DNA from: Tubiluchus corallicola
Taxonomy: Eukaryota; Animalia; Priapulida
Length of the DNA: 64,000 bases
NCBI GenBank assembly: GCA_030141605.1
Contig: JAQGDQ010000001.1
Coordinates: 2,666,001 to 2,730,000 of the forward strand
Direction of reading: 5' to 3'
Shown: piece by piece, positions 1-11,621 of the stretch
How positions within the stretch are numbered: position 1 is the first letter of the stretch
Layout of the letters: every line of letters begins with the position of its first letter
Program-made: the position numbers and the translations under genes
The notes under the pieces: generated by a model
Told to the model about the DNA's origin: nothing
What the model saw: only the letters and a program-made list of their open reading frames with translations
Databases searched by the model: none

Positions 1-1168
1 TGCCATCCTTACAACAACGACAACAACAAGAACAACATCTAGAAGAGTAGTGGTTTGACTCGAATCTCTCGACCATCAACCAGTAAGAATCTCTTGGTCG
101 TTTTCGTCAGTCGTACATTTCACGAATAAACATAGGTGGCTGCTTAAGAATCTTGTGTATATGCGAGCTTCACAATTCGTAAGCTTTTTTTGTTTTACAC
201 CTCTCGCTGATAAAGTTATGTACCAACTAGGCCTGTAATTACGCCGTTTTCGTCACGCGCACATTCACTTATCAGAATTAAATTTTAGTGGCGATTGTTT
301 TCCATACTTTGTTGCCATCCTCTAGTGGCCTAGCTGATTTTTAATCAGCATAAATAGGCTTTGGTGCTCCTATCGTTCGGGAAGTAACGTAAACTCATCA
401 CACGAACCATAGTTGCTTGACATTTTGCGCAATATAGAACAGCGCTTCCTGAATAACAGGATGCGAGAGCCCATCAGGTTCCAGCCATCTAATAATGAGC
501 CCGAACAATTAAGAGGTTTCAGGTAAATATTCGTGCTCGTGATTGCGTTTCGCCTGCTTGATGACTAAGCGTGCCGAAATGACCGCCTAGAGGAAATACG
601 TAGGTTGTCCCTTTCAAGAAACCTTTTATGTTCTTTATCGTTGTCTTCAAGCATATTACCAAACAGCATCCTTTGAAAAGAAACTAATCTTGTTGATTGC
701 TGTTTTCTTATGTGAAATATGATGGCATACTCTTGTAAGGCCCGGCGATTTATTTAAAAAACGAATACGGAAATTATTTTTCTTGAGACCGGAAATTAAT
801 TCTTCCTTCTGCGGCTCACTGGCTAAAGTCACGTGATTGTTGTGTTGTCCCGATTAAATTTGGCTAGAAATGTTTAATCTGGTCAAAGAAAAGGAACAGG
901 ACAAGGGCAATTATTCTAAGGATAAATAGAGAAGCAATATATTATGAAAAAATGTTATTCAAAACTTTAAAACATAAAAACATCATCATCGTTTCGACTG
1001 CAGTTTACAAACAGCAACCACTTTTTATAATCAGGCGCCACAGGGTCTGGGTCCATGACATACTCATGCAATGACATGAGATTGGAGCATACTGTCACCT
1101 GGTGACACAGCTGGAACTTGACAGCAAGAAATAACACGAATATGTCCACATATGTATATAGAACAGAC

Positions 1169-1400
1169 GACGTTCTAATTTTGCGATTCCACACACATGG
1201 AAATATATTATCCCGCGTGCTGAACCTTGCCAGTGTAAATGCACACATCAAAAGCGCGACAAGATAATTTTATAGTCAGTTTAGTTTTTCTCTCTAGGCG
1301 CGCTCTCGACGTGCACGTTTACACTGGCGAGTTTCAGCACGCGCTTCGGCACTCGGGATAATATATTTCCATGTGTGTGGAATCGCAGAATTATAACATC
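1169..1400. mobile_element. Fold-back / MITE-like hairpin element (two ~90-100 bp inverted arms, ~38 bp spacer)
   Basis: 1169-1258 (gacgttctaattttgcgattccacacacatggaaatatattatcccgcgtgctgaacc...) is the near-perfect reverse complement of 1298-1400, apart from a small indel. Confidence 0.7.
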
Positions 1401-1438
1401 ATAAGGTCCCACAAAACTGAGTACATACTCTAGCTTGT

Positions 1439-1817
1439 CTACTGACATACGACTGTCCAGTTCAGCTCTGTCAGCAGATGACAGTATGCTCCAAACTCAT
1501 GTCGTTGCAGGAGTATGTCATGGCAGAACCTGTGACTCCTGCATTCATCACTGAGTGATAGTAATCTTAATTGCAACAAACGATTCCTCTGTCTTCGTCG
1601 GAGAAGTAACATCAAAATTTCCAACCTGTTGCTAGCCATGATTATGATATTAACACAGTCTATGCATGCGCGAGTTTCTTTTTCCCCAACTCACTAGCAG
1701 AAAAGTTGCGATTCAAGCGGCGGAAACAAACATTGAAAATGTCGCAACACAATTGCAGTGAACTGACTTTTCCGCGCACTGCAAAGCATGCGAAATCGTG
1801 CACATAGAAAACGGGCC
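1439..1817 (-). mobile_element. PIF/Harbinger DNA transposon remnant (terminus plus N-terminal transposase fragment)
   Basis: ORF 1439-1639 (LLLRRRQR...RFCHDILLQRHEFGAYCHLLTEL) resembles the R-x-WVH-x-I...R...G-x-Y..L..EL N-terminus of Harbinger nucleases. The minus strand starts TTA|GGCCCGTTTTC, a Harbinger-type terminus next to a TAA/TTA target. The other terminus was not found. Confidence 0.6.
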
Positions 1818-3099
1818 TAAGATTTTTAACTTTTACAGGCGAACACATGATTAGTCATTCTCATGTAGTGTAAGCTCTGCCAATAAAAACAGGTTATTGC
1901 TTATAAACTTTACCACACTGAAGATAAGTACTAGACTGTGCAGTTGAAACATCAGTAATACTTTTAATATTTAATGTTTTAAAGTTTTTTAATAAAGTTA
2001 CTTTTTCACAATAAATTAAAATTGCCTGTATAAATAGGATTAAAAACAATGTACAAAATATACGGGTAGTGTATACTCAGTTTTTTTTTGATGGTATATT
2101 AGGTGAAAATTATTCATTATGCAAAAAAGTGCATTAAGAAGAATACAAAACAGCTTGTTCAAAGAATATTGTTATGATTGTGATAATAGCATAACAGTTC
2201 ACTTAAACGAAGAATGTTCATATTGAGATCGTACGCGTAACCTGAGATACCCAACAATAATAAATGTCGATCTACTTTATTATAGCGCAGTATCAATTAT
2301 AAATAAAATTTAGTGTAAGTTATGAGAACCTAGACTCGAGCTATACATGAAGAAGGTAGTTTGTGAAGACTAGTGGTCTAAAAAGTAACCAAAGGAATAG
2401 CCGTTGAAACTTTCTTATGGTTATGCTACCCATAATATCCATCTGCAAAGTTTATATGAGCGCTGCATTTGGTTCAACAAATAAACTTATTAATAACTTG
2501 ATGATTCATATATATAGCAACTGAAAGTAGGACTTTGCTATTGCTGAAAACATAGTCATGATATATTTTTTATTAGATTGTAATGATCTTCAAGTACAAA
2601 ACTTGAAACATATTTCTGAGTGGATTTCTGAGTTTCATATGACACAGCCTCCAGAGGCAAGCTGTGCTTCACTTACTATAAATAACCAAACCTATAAAGA
2701 CCAAAAACCTAATAAGCCTTACTAATGCTACGTAAAAAGAGACGTAAATAATGTTCATTGTGTTCAGTGAGCAACAAGTTTTTTAGTTCGAATTCGATTT
2801 GTACCTGAAGATATAATTTCGGATGATTCAGCACTTCAACTACATACATTTTTTGTCATTAAAATGTGTGAAACAGCATCCAATCAGCACAGTTGAGCTG
2901 CACAGTTTTTAAACAAATCATTGGTATTTTTTGTTGCACAATAAAAGAATGTAATTTGCATAACCTTTTTATAAGACAGCTTTTTATTAATGATTTGACA
3001 ATTTATTCTAAAATCTTGACAAATGAATTTGAATTCGAATCGGAATGGAAATCTCGAATTTTGATTTTATTCGAGTTATAAATTTACAAATTCGATTCG

Positions 3100-3237
3100 T
3101 TTATTTTATCAGATGTGTAATAAATTAATCAAAGTGTACTGACCTTTTCAACTATTATTATTAAATTAACAAGGACGATGCTGCCACAACGGTTAATGAC
3201 TTAATTCGTGACCCGTCACTAGTGTCCTACTTGGGCA
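3100..3237. repeat. Left arm of a ~140 bp diverged inverted repeat (partner 8075-8216)
   Basis: tttattttatcagatgtgtaataaatt...cactagtgtcctacttgggca aligns to the reverse complement of 8075-8216. Confidence 0.75.
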
Positions 3238-3776
3238 TGTATAACGCGTTCTACTTGGGCTAGCCCACGTACGGCAGTTGTCTTACTTCGGCTAGCGTCC
3301 TACTCCTCTCCCAACAGTTTGATATTCAAGATTCGCCATACTAAAGAAAATCTTCCAAAATCTCAATTAACTTCAATTCTAGATTATTTACGCTGTGCCA
3401 TTCCAACCCTGGGATTTAAAAATAAATAGGAATTAAGATCAAAGCAATAGAAGACGATTAAAACAATTGCGTTTTGATGAAAATCTTATGCAGCCAATAA
3501 AAGTGCTTAACAGTCTCAGTTGTTGATTATTCGTTTATCTGTGTATTGTGGTTGCCTGTAGAAGTGCTGGTGTAACCACAGAGAAAAGTTTGCAGCACCT
3601 CAACGAGAATGTATATTCGTCACTAGCTCATTATCTTTCCAATCACATGGGTGCCTGCCTGTTGCAAACTTTCGTGTTCCCGTTGCCGGCACTTTTCCCG
3701 AATTTCATATTTGACACAAGTGTTCCATGTTAAAATATTTTGAAGTGTTGTGATGAGAGAAAAGTTTGTAACACCT

Positions 3777-3793
3777 TGTTTGTGACAACGAGA

Positions 3794-3873
<80 letters not shown>

Positions 3874-3910
3874 TCTCGTTGTCACAAACATATATATATA
3901 TATATATATT
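3777..3910. repeat. (CA)n microsatellite enclosed by a perfect 20-bp inverted repeat, followed by (TA)n
   Basis: tgtttgtgacaacgagaata (3777-3796) and tattctcgttgtcacaaaca (3871-3890) flank the CA tract. Confidence 0.9.
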
Positions 3911-6661
3911 ATATGCAATATAGAAGAACAAACGCTGTTGTCAACTTGACCTACTCCTCCACGTGAAAGGTATGTGGAATGCCAAAAAGTTAGGAATCGT
4001 GGGGCCGAGCTAGACGATTAGCTGCAAGAAGTGGCGTCCCTTTCTTTGCTCCGAAGAATGATGTCAGTGGCTTATGATCAGTCACCAGTATGAAATGACG
4101 CCCGTAGAGGTACTGGTAGAATTTCCGCAAGCCAAAGATGATGGCTAGGGCTTCCTTATGTATTTGGCTGTAGTTCCTTTCTGCAGCCGTGAGAGTCTTG
4201 GACACATTGGCAATTGGGCGCTTGCTTCTGTCTGGATAGCGATGAAACAGGACAATTCCAATTCTAACATTGGACAAGTCACAAGCCAATCCCTTGGCTT
4301 GTCTGGGTCAAAATGCACCAGGACTTGATCTGGGGATAGCACATTTTTCAACAGTTCAAATGCTGTTTGCTCGTCATCTCCCCACTTCCAGGGGATTGTC
4401 TTCTTGGTCAAGTGGTAAAGAGGCTCTGCCATAGAAGCCACATTTGGGATGAACTTCCCATAAAACTGAACCGAGCCCAAGAAAGACTTCAAGCTTGAGA
4501 CGTCTGTAGGAGCTGGCATCTTCATGAGTGCCTCGACCTTGGATCCTTTTGAGACTCCTTCGTCCGATAGGGTGTGTCCAAGATATTCCACGCTTGGTTG
4601 TGCAAACACTGAGTCCTTTGTCATTCAGACGAGTGAGCAAGCATCTCAGGTTGCTCAGGTGGTCTTTGGTGTCTTGCCCACTGACTAGCATATCGTCTTG
4701 GAAGACAGCAACTCCAAACAGATCACTGGTCCGGTTCTCCATGATCTCCTGAAAGTAACCAGGCACTGACTTGATTCCGAAAGGGAGTCGTTGCTGCAGG
4801 AGTACCCTACAGTGGGCGCTGAGAGCTAGACTGCGTTGACTCTCGGGTGCCAGCTTAATCTGGTTGTAGGCATCAGCAAGGTTGATCTTCGTGTAGCCGT
4901 ATCCGCCTCCCATCTTCTGCATCAGTTCCTCTGAGAGTAGCATCGGATAGTTAATGCCGACTGAGTAGTCACCACAGATCTGCAACTTGGGCTTCTGTGT
5001 GCCCAGAGTGTAAGCTTTACGAATCGGTACCACAGGCGTTCCGTATTTGTTGAACTGGACTGGCTTTCAGACACCCGTGGCGATGCCTTCTTCATAACTT
5101 TTGGCCACGTCATCACCAAGAGCAAATGGAACCAGTCGTGCCTTGTGAAAAACCGGCTTCGCGTCAGACTTGAACTTCACTTCCAGCTCGAAATCCTTAA
5201 GACACCCCAATTCTTCTGTGAGGAGATCTGGGAACTCGTCACACAGGTTGTGGCAACCTCGTTGCAGGGAAGCATAAGACGTGTCAGAGGTCTTCGGACG
5301 TGACGTTTTTACACCCTCGCTCTTGTCTTGACTCTCTATGCTTCTTAGTCCTAGAGCATTGTCCACAGAAATTCCCAGAATCTGGATAGCATTTCAGGTT
5401 CAGGTCAGTGATCTTGGTGACGATGTAGGGAATTGAGCTTTGTTTACCAGTCTTTGGATCCTTGGCCTGGCCCATGAAAGTTCCCAGCACTGGCAGGTCG
5501 AGCTTGCTGGCAGACTCGTAGCGATGTCTGATGTCATCCAGCTTTGGCTTTCCTAGTAGTTGTTTCCAGACCGGCACTTAAACGAAATTTCCCCTGGTTG
5601 CAGTGTCAAGTTCCTTCTTGAACTGTTGGTCTTGGATGTTGACTTCACCATCCACACTAGGAGAGGCTTCAGGAACTTCACCGTGGATTGCCTTGACAGG
5701 CTCAGCCTTTGTGAGTCTCCTCGCGGACTTCCCAGATTTCTGGTCCCATTGCTATTGTTGGTTCTTCATGCAAACAGCCTCCAAATGTCCTTTCTTGTCA
5801 AAGAAATGGCACTTGGCATCTTTGTAGGGACAGTCTGTCACTTTGTGGGCCCTTCCACAATGGTAGCACTTTGTATCCGTGTCTGTGGAATTTGACTGCT
5901 GATGGTTGCTTCATTGACCCTTGTTCTGGTTCAGCTTGACTTTGTTGACGGGTCTGGTCTTGGAACCGTAGACAGTTTCCTTAGCAACCTTTGCTGCATC
6001 TTCAGTCTCGATAACGACTTGGACAGCACGGGCAAAAGTCACATCTTCGTCCTTGATCTTGAAAATAGCCTTCAAGACACCTTCGTTGTTGACAGAGCAT
6101 ATGAATCTCTGCCTCAGAGCTTCATCTTGTGGGTCTTGGATTGAAGAAAAGTCACAGGTAGCAGTGTCTTGGTGTATGTGGGCTGCTAACTCCTGAAGAG
6201 TTTCGCCTGGCTTCCATTGCATGTCACTCCAGAACTTGAAATGTTCTCGCACAATGAAGTGTTTTGGGTCAAACTGTTCCTTCGTGAAGTCGACACACGT
6301 CGCCAGATTCTCCAGTTGTTTGTAGATGGCAGCAGTCTGATTAGTTAGGAAAACTTGAGCGTTGCGTTGGTCAGGCACTGTGTTGGCAGCCATGAAGGTA
6401 CAGAATCTTGACCAGTAGTCAGGCCACAGTTCAGAAGTTGGACCAAAAGCAGCAAATGGTGGAATAGCAGCTGCTGTAAGTGCAGATGCAGGTGGGCACT
6501 TGAATTGGCATCATCTTCAGGAGGGCAAGCCTGAAGCAGCCTCCCCATAGCGTCCATATCTTCTTTGTGTTGCTGTGCCTGCCGGGAGGTGTTTGATAAG
6601 TTTGCCCATCTGCTCTGCATTAATTGCTAGGATAAACACACTGTCCACTGAGTCACCAAGG

Positions 6662-6679
6662 ATCCTGTCGACTGCGCCA
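6662..6679 (-). promoter_or_regulatory. Primer-binding site complementary to a tRNA-Ser 3' end
   Basis: Minus strand TGGCGCAGTCGACAGGAT. The plus strand atcctgtcgactgcgcca resembles the eukaryotic tRNA-Ser 3' end (ATCCTGCCGACTACG+CCA type). Confidence 0.75.
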
Positions 6680-6684
6680 AAATT

Positions 6685-7021
6685 TGTTGTGTTTTGTTTC
6701 TCTCGGAAGGCTCGTATAGAAAACCAGTGAACCCATCATCAAATTAAATTAGTTTATTATGCGAAAATTCTACAACACAAAAGTATGAAGGAATGCGAAA
6801 TATTTACAGTCAATGTGATAATCTGGAAACGTGAAAGCGAGAATCTTAGATTAATCTGAGAATACTAGAATAAACTCGAGCGGCCAGCTCCACCTAATAT
6901 ATCAGTGCAAATGAACCATCTAGAAACTACTACGCACATCTCATATAGAACGTTCTCGAATTTTCTACAAGGCAAGAAGATTGTTCTGCTATACTATAGA
7001 ATATTCCAGATCTCCACAACA
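6685..7021 (-). mobile_element. 5' LTR (337 bp) of the Gypsy element
   Basis: Bounded by TGTTGT...ACAACA, contains AATAAA on the minus strand (6753-6758) and lies 5 nt from the PBS. Confidence 0.8.
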
Positions 7022-7104
7022 TCAATCATTATTATTTACTTACTTTTTTTGTAAAACAAATTTAGTTTTACGTATTATTATGTCATCATAATTCTCGATT
7101 TTTT

Positions 7105-7828
7105 CGCTATTACACTTTCGCACCGCCTAGTTTTTTCTAGGTTATTACTCGTTTCTAGGCTCGTAGGTCATTATTCTCACTTCATCAGTGAATGTTTCCG
7201 CTAATCTCGTGGTAATTTAATCATATATTTAGGTATAATTACCAATAATTACGTTGTATTCACAGTTCTACACTATACAGTTCGTATCGCCATCTTGTTT
7301 GTGTGTGTAGTCACGTGACGAATTTCGTACTAGTTTATGCATTATCAGGGCCTAGCTTAAAAGGCATGTGACACACTTTCATCTTGACCGCATTTACGAA
7401 ATAAAGAAAAAACCTTTACTTTTTTATAATCTAATAGTAATAATACTACAGAAATAAATAAAATTAATGATAAATAACTGTAGTGGTCTAAAATAATTTC
7501 CTCGTATACGCCAGCTTGGGTCCCGTGGCTGCAACCCTAATAATCATAAATTATGCAAAGAAACTAAAAATACATGTTAAGGGCCACATCGTCACTGCGC
7601 GAGAGCGATTACGCATTAGTGGTGTAAACACAGTTATTCACGTGGACCTTTTTGCGTCATGGTGACGGTAAGTAATGTATGATTTTAATCTGGAATTGTA
7701 AGGTCTAAAAATCAATAATATTATGGGAATATGGTGTATATTACGCCTGTTGGTCTGTTTTCTGGCCTGCAGGCGTGAAAACAACCAATAGGCCAGAAAA
7801 AACTAGGCGGTGCGAAAGTGTAATAGCG
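7105..7828. mobile_element. MITE, 724 bp, with perfect 34-bp terminal inverted repeats
   Basis: cgctattacactttcgcaccgcctagttttttct (7105-7138) is the exact reverse complement of 7795-7828; no internal ORF. Confidence 0.85.
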
Positions 7829-7837
7829 CCCTCAATT

Positions 7838-8735
7838 TTCGACAAAAATCGCCAGTGCCCTACTTGGACTGCCCATGTACGACACTGCTTTTCCGCAAAT
7901 TTAGCACATGCGTTTTAGTGGAAGTTTCCTACTCCGGCTAGTGGATTACTCGGCGCCCTACATCATCACTGTTTTTACGTTCAATATTGAATGTCGAATA
8001 TCGAACCAATTTGAGACGGGTGTTGGGAGCCGAGTGGAACACTGAGTCAAGTAGACCAATTGGTCTACTTGGGCTGCCCAAGTAGGACACTAGAGACAGG
8101 TCGCGAATTGAGTCGTTAAGTGTACTGACACCGTCCGTTGTGCTTGTTTATGTAATAATAATAATCAAAAACGTTAGTACACGTTGAATAATTTATTATA
8201 CATCTAATAAAATAAAAGAATTTTATTCTGAGCTGGTAGAACGGACAATATTAAACTTGGTTTCGATATTAATGTTGTTGAAGTGAAAAAAACACTTTTT
8301 TTGTGAATTCAACATTTGTTTAAGGTATATCATTTTTGATTTTGTCTCACTTCACAAACAGGTGATCCGTTTCACTACCTCTTGGGCAAATAATTGTTTT
8401 CTTATAAGTAAATGTTCTAGCGATCTATGTGTCCTACATGGGCTAGCGAGCCATGTAGGACAGTGCCCTACATGTTACAATACTACTGATAATATTAAAA
8501 CTAATTATCCTTGCTTTTCTTAAATGTTAAAAATTACTTTTTTACCAACGAGTTTTTTACCAACCAACAAGCACAATTTTTAATAAAATGAAGAAACTTT
8601 CACAGAATTTTCAAAAATTTGACAAAAATCGCTAGTGTCCTACTTGGGCTGCCCATGTAGGACACTACTTTTAGCGCATCGGTTTTACCGGAAGTGGTCT
8701 ACTTGGCTCAGTGGTCAACTCGGCTCCCTACACGG
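7838..8735. repeat. Repeat family built from a ~33-bp palindromic unit AGTGTCCTACTTGGGCTGCCCATGTAGGACACT; includes direct repeats ~7838-7960 / ~8618-8732 and the right arm 8075-8216
   Basis: Unit copies at 7854-7886, 8063-8091, 8430-8462 and 8634-8666, with half copies at 3221-3300; probably subterminal repeats of a non-autonomous DNA transposon. Confidence 0.7.
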
Positions 8736-9369
8736 TTATGTCTAAAGTGGTTTGTCAAGTTTTTATGTAATTTAAAAAACTTAGAAAAGATGAGATTTTT
8801 CTTGGGGAGATTAACATGTTGTGATAACCACATTCATGCAGTTAAGATATCTCGATACCAATTGTTTTTATTTACATCAGTTTTTTTGAAATGCAAGTGT
8901 TACAAACAATACCCGGGAATGAATCACTTTAACAATGTTTATGAAGTTTCGCAAAATTTATTTTTCTGGTTTTCGTACTACAAAAACTTGCAAAGTCTGT
9001 GTAAAACTTAGGATTTCTGCATTAAGTTATACTAGTATTAAGATAATAATTGGTTTGCACATCATGTAATTTATTGTGTATTTGTGTTGTCTCTAGAATT
9101 CTACATCTAGTTGGTTGCTAAGCCCACCGAACACTGATATGAAGTTACAAAACCTAAATGTGTTCTTACCTTAAGATTTAATCTTGAAAAAAGCTCTCTA
9201 TTTTGTCAAAACATTATTCAAGTAAATCGACACGAAAATATTATAAATTCATAAAATGGATTTGCAAAGTATCGCATATGTGACTAGGTTTATGAAGGGT
9301 TTTAGGCTGCGCTGGAGTTCTGTGCTGGAATCAAAAACCACCTAACAAGCATTAAGCAACAGCCTGTGA

Positions 9370-9755
9370 CAGACATGCCAGATCTGCCCCTTTGAGAATA
9401 CCTGAAAAAGACTCCCCCATTTTGGATGCATCTCCCCTTTCTTGGCTTTTAGGCAATCACTTGTAAAATAATTAGAATCTTGCTATTGCCGTCATTTCAA
9501 ATTTCGCTTAAAATTGGGCCTGACTGCCATTCTGGGTTTAATTAGAGGTTGTAAGACTTCTTTGCATGTGATGATTAATCTGCTGCTTGATCCTACTTTG
9601 CGCTTTGCAACCTGGTTTATTTTGTGAGGTGCCCCCAAATGTTCTGAAATTCAAAAAATTACGTTAGCGGCGGAGCTCTTCCCAGACCACTAAGAGGCAG
9701 TCGTACCAAGCAAGAGAATTTCTCCCTTTCAGGTGGTCTCACCTTGGCATCTCTG
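9370..9755. mobile_element. Putative hAT-like MITE
   Basis: Imperfect TIR CAGACATGCCA ... TGGCATCTCTG; no matching 8-bp target duplication is visible. Confidence 0.4.
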
Positions 9756-10401
9756 CTACAACATTGTGCTCACATGCTATTTGCTAACTGCATGGTACTA
9801 TGAAAGGGGAAAGTAACACACATATTTTGTAATAGTGCTACAATGATACATTTTCCGGTTGCCGAAAATTATTTATAAATACCTCAATTTTCATGTGCTT
9901 AAAAAAATCTAAGAATTGTGAAAAGTGCTGCCTTTCTTACGATGACAGAAATTATATCTAATTTGTCTAATTATATATATATATCTAATTATATCTTACT
10001 ATGCTGCAGACTAATAGGCCTAGCAGCAGTCCAAATAATTGTATTTTTCCTTATATTATATGGTAATGATGGTATATTCCTCTCGCATTCCAAATAGTGA
10101 TATAGGTGGAATAACAGTGTCGTGTTTATGGATTAGTCATCCCAATGAATAATGCTATATTTCAAAAGAAAAGTATAGGATGTCAATTTGACAAAATGTT
10201 AATAAAAGTGCTGAATAGTATTATAAGGCTGCAGTTAATAGTAAAAAATACTTCTAGTGTCAAATTGTATCTTTACATTACACATTTTGTTACCGATCGC
10301 AGTTTCAGTCAAAGAGCAAACTTTTAAAAAAATGTTATGCGATATAATAGTTACTTATGATCATTATAATTACTGAATCCAACAATAAATCTAACATCGT
10401 T

Positions 10402-10614
10402 CTATGAGTATGCAAGTATGGTGAATGTTATCTGCTGCTGGATTCTACTTTGAACTTTGCAAATTAATTTATTTTCTGAGCTGTTCCCAAATGCTCTGAA
10501 ATTCAGGAAAATACTTTGGCGACCATAACTCTCCCTAGACACGCTAGCAGGAGGTTTAATTGAATTTTGTTGCTGTACTGTTGAGCATTTCTGCAAATAT
10601 TTTAGACGTATCAA
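10402..10614 (-). mobile_element. Highly degraded Tc1/mariner transposase C-terminal fragment
   Basis: Frameshifted VQQQNSIKP.ASVSRE followed by LWSPKYFPEFQSIWEQLRK resembles FQQDNA.PH...WPP.SPDLNPIE..W..LK. Confidence 0.35.
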
Positions 10615-11621
10615 TTTTCTCGATCCAATTATTTAATAAGTAGGTGCGTGTTTAACACATTCTTGTTGTTACAACTCCTAACTCCACACATGTGCCGCTT
10701 AGTAGCTGTCAGACAGTGGAGGAGTCAAAGCTTGTTTGAAAGCTGTAAACAAAAATGTCCACACCTTGGGAAAATGGCAGTCTTGTTTACTTTTTATAGA
10801 GAGCTTCCACTACAATCAAACAGCAAAAAATTTTGATTCTGAAGTGATGTCACTACAGTCATAGTCAGAATTCCGCCAATAAGTTTTACTACAATCCCTG
10901 ACTTTATAGATGAATTTTTGAGGAATTTAAGTGATTTAAACTCTTCATACATCATGATCCGATTACAAACTGAAGTACACGTGTTGGTGCTACCTAGCTC
11001 AAAATCATGCAAAAACTGTTGATGATTGTAAAACACGCTTTAGAGTGCAAATGATTCAAGTCTACATCAGCGCGACTGTAGGTTTACGTCAGTTCCTGTT
11101 CCACAATCGCAAAAAAATTTTGTCTGATTTTAGTAGCAGAAACTCTCTTATATTAAAATAATGAACGTTGATATGACCGAAACTTAGCTATTTGGATTAA
11201 GTGCAAAACTGAAGAACCTGTACGATCTGATTAAGGTCATCATTAAACCCTTACAAACAGGTGTAAACATATAGTTTTTTTTTGTTAGATAACCTGACAA
11301 AATAAGTGTGTAGACCTAATTAAGGCCATGTATGCTTGCAATTTTTCCCTAAAAATACTCCTACATACAGTTATTCAGAATATGATAGCAAGCTGTATTT
11401 TTCTGGTAAATTAATGCTTTATTGCTTTATATTATTATTAATAATCCTTTATTTTTGTTTTAGACATTGACATTGTGCATTACGGGTCTTCCTGCAAGAA
11501 GCACATTGACTTTATAAAGTATATCAGTTCGGGTTAAAGCATAGAATATACAATGTGGTACCCTTTGAAAACTATAAACACTGTTAACAGTTAGAGAGAC
11601 TATCATAACTCGAAACTAATA

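Larger units (their letters stand above)
4005..7021 (-). mobile_element. Degenerate, 3'-truncated Ty3/Gypsy LTR retrotransposon (Mag/K02A2.6-like): LTR-PBS-gag-PR-RT-RNaseH; no integrase or 3' LTR seen
   Basis: Frameshifted ORFs give gag (EHFKFW...KPGETLQELAA, DEALRQRFIC), tandem zinc knuckles (~5765-5870), a protease-like ELDT motif, RT (GDYS..IN.YP, KINLADAYNQI, RLPFGIKS.PGYFQ, FQDD, VEYLGH) and RNase H (ACD.S..GIG.VL, ERNYSQIHKEALAIIFG, LVTDHKPL, AANRLAR). Confidence 0.93.

Noticed and set aside
967-1251. 94-aa minus-strand ORF
   Set aside because: Starts inside the fold-back repeat; no recognisable motif or supporting exons.
5560-6144. Plus-strand ORFs over the Gypsy gag region
   Set aside because: Antisense shadows of the retrotransposon coding frame.
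6662-6679. tRNA-Ser-like sequence as a tRNA gene
   Set aside because: Only 18 nt ending in CCA next to an LTR; it is a primer-binding site.
7854-8666. ~33-bp palindromic repeats resembling CRISPR direct repeats
   Set aside because: Spacing is irregular (about 200-370 bp), the flanks are themselves repeated, there are no cas genes and the context is eukaryotic.
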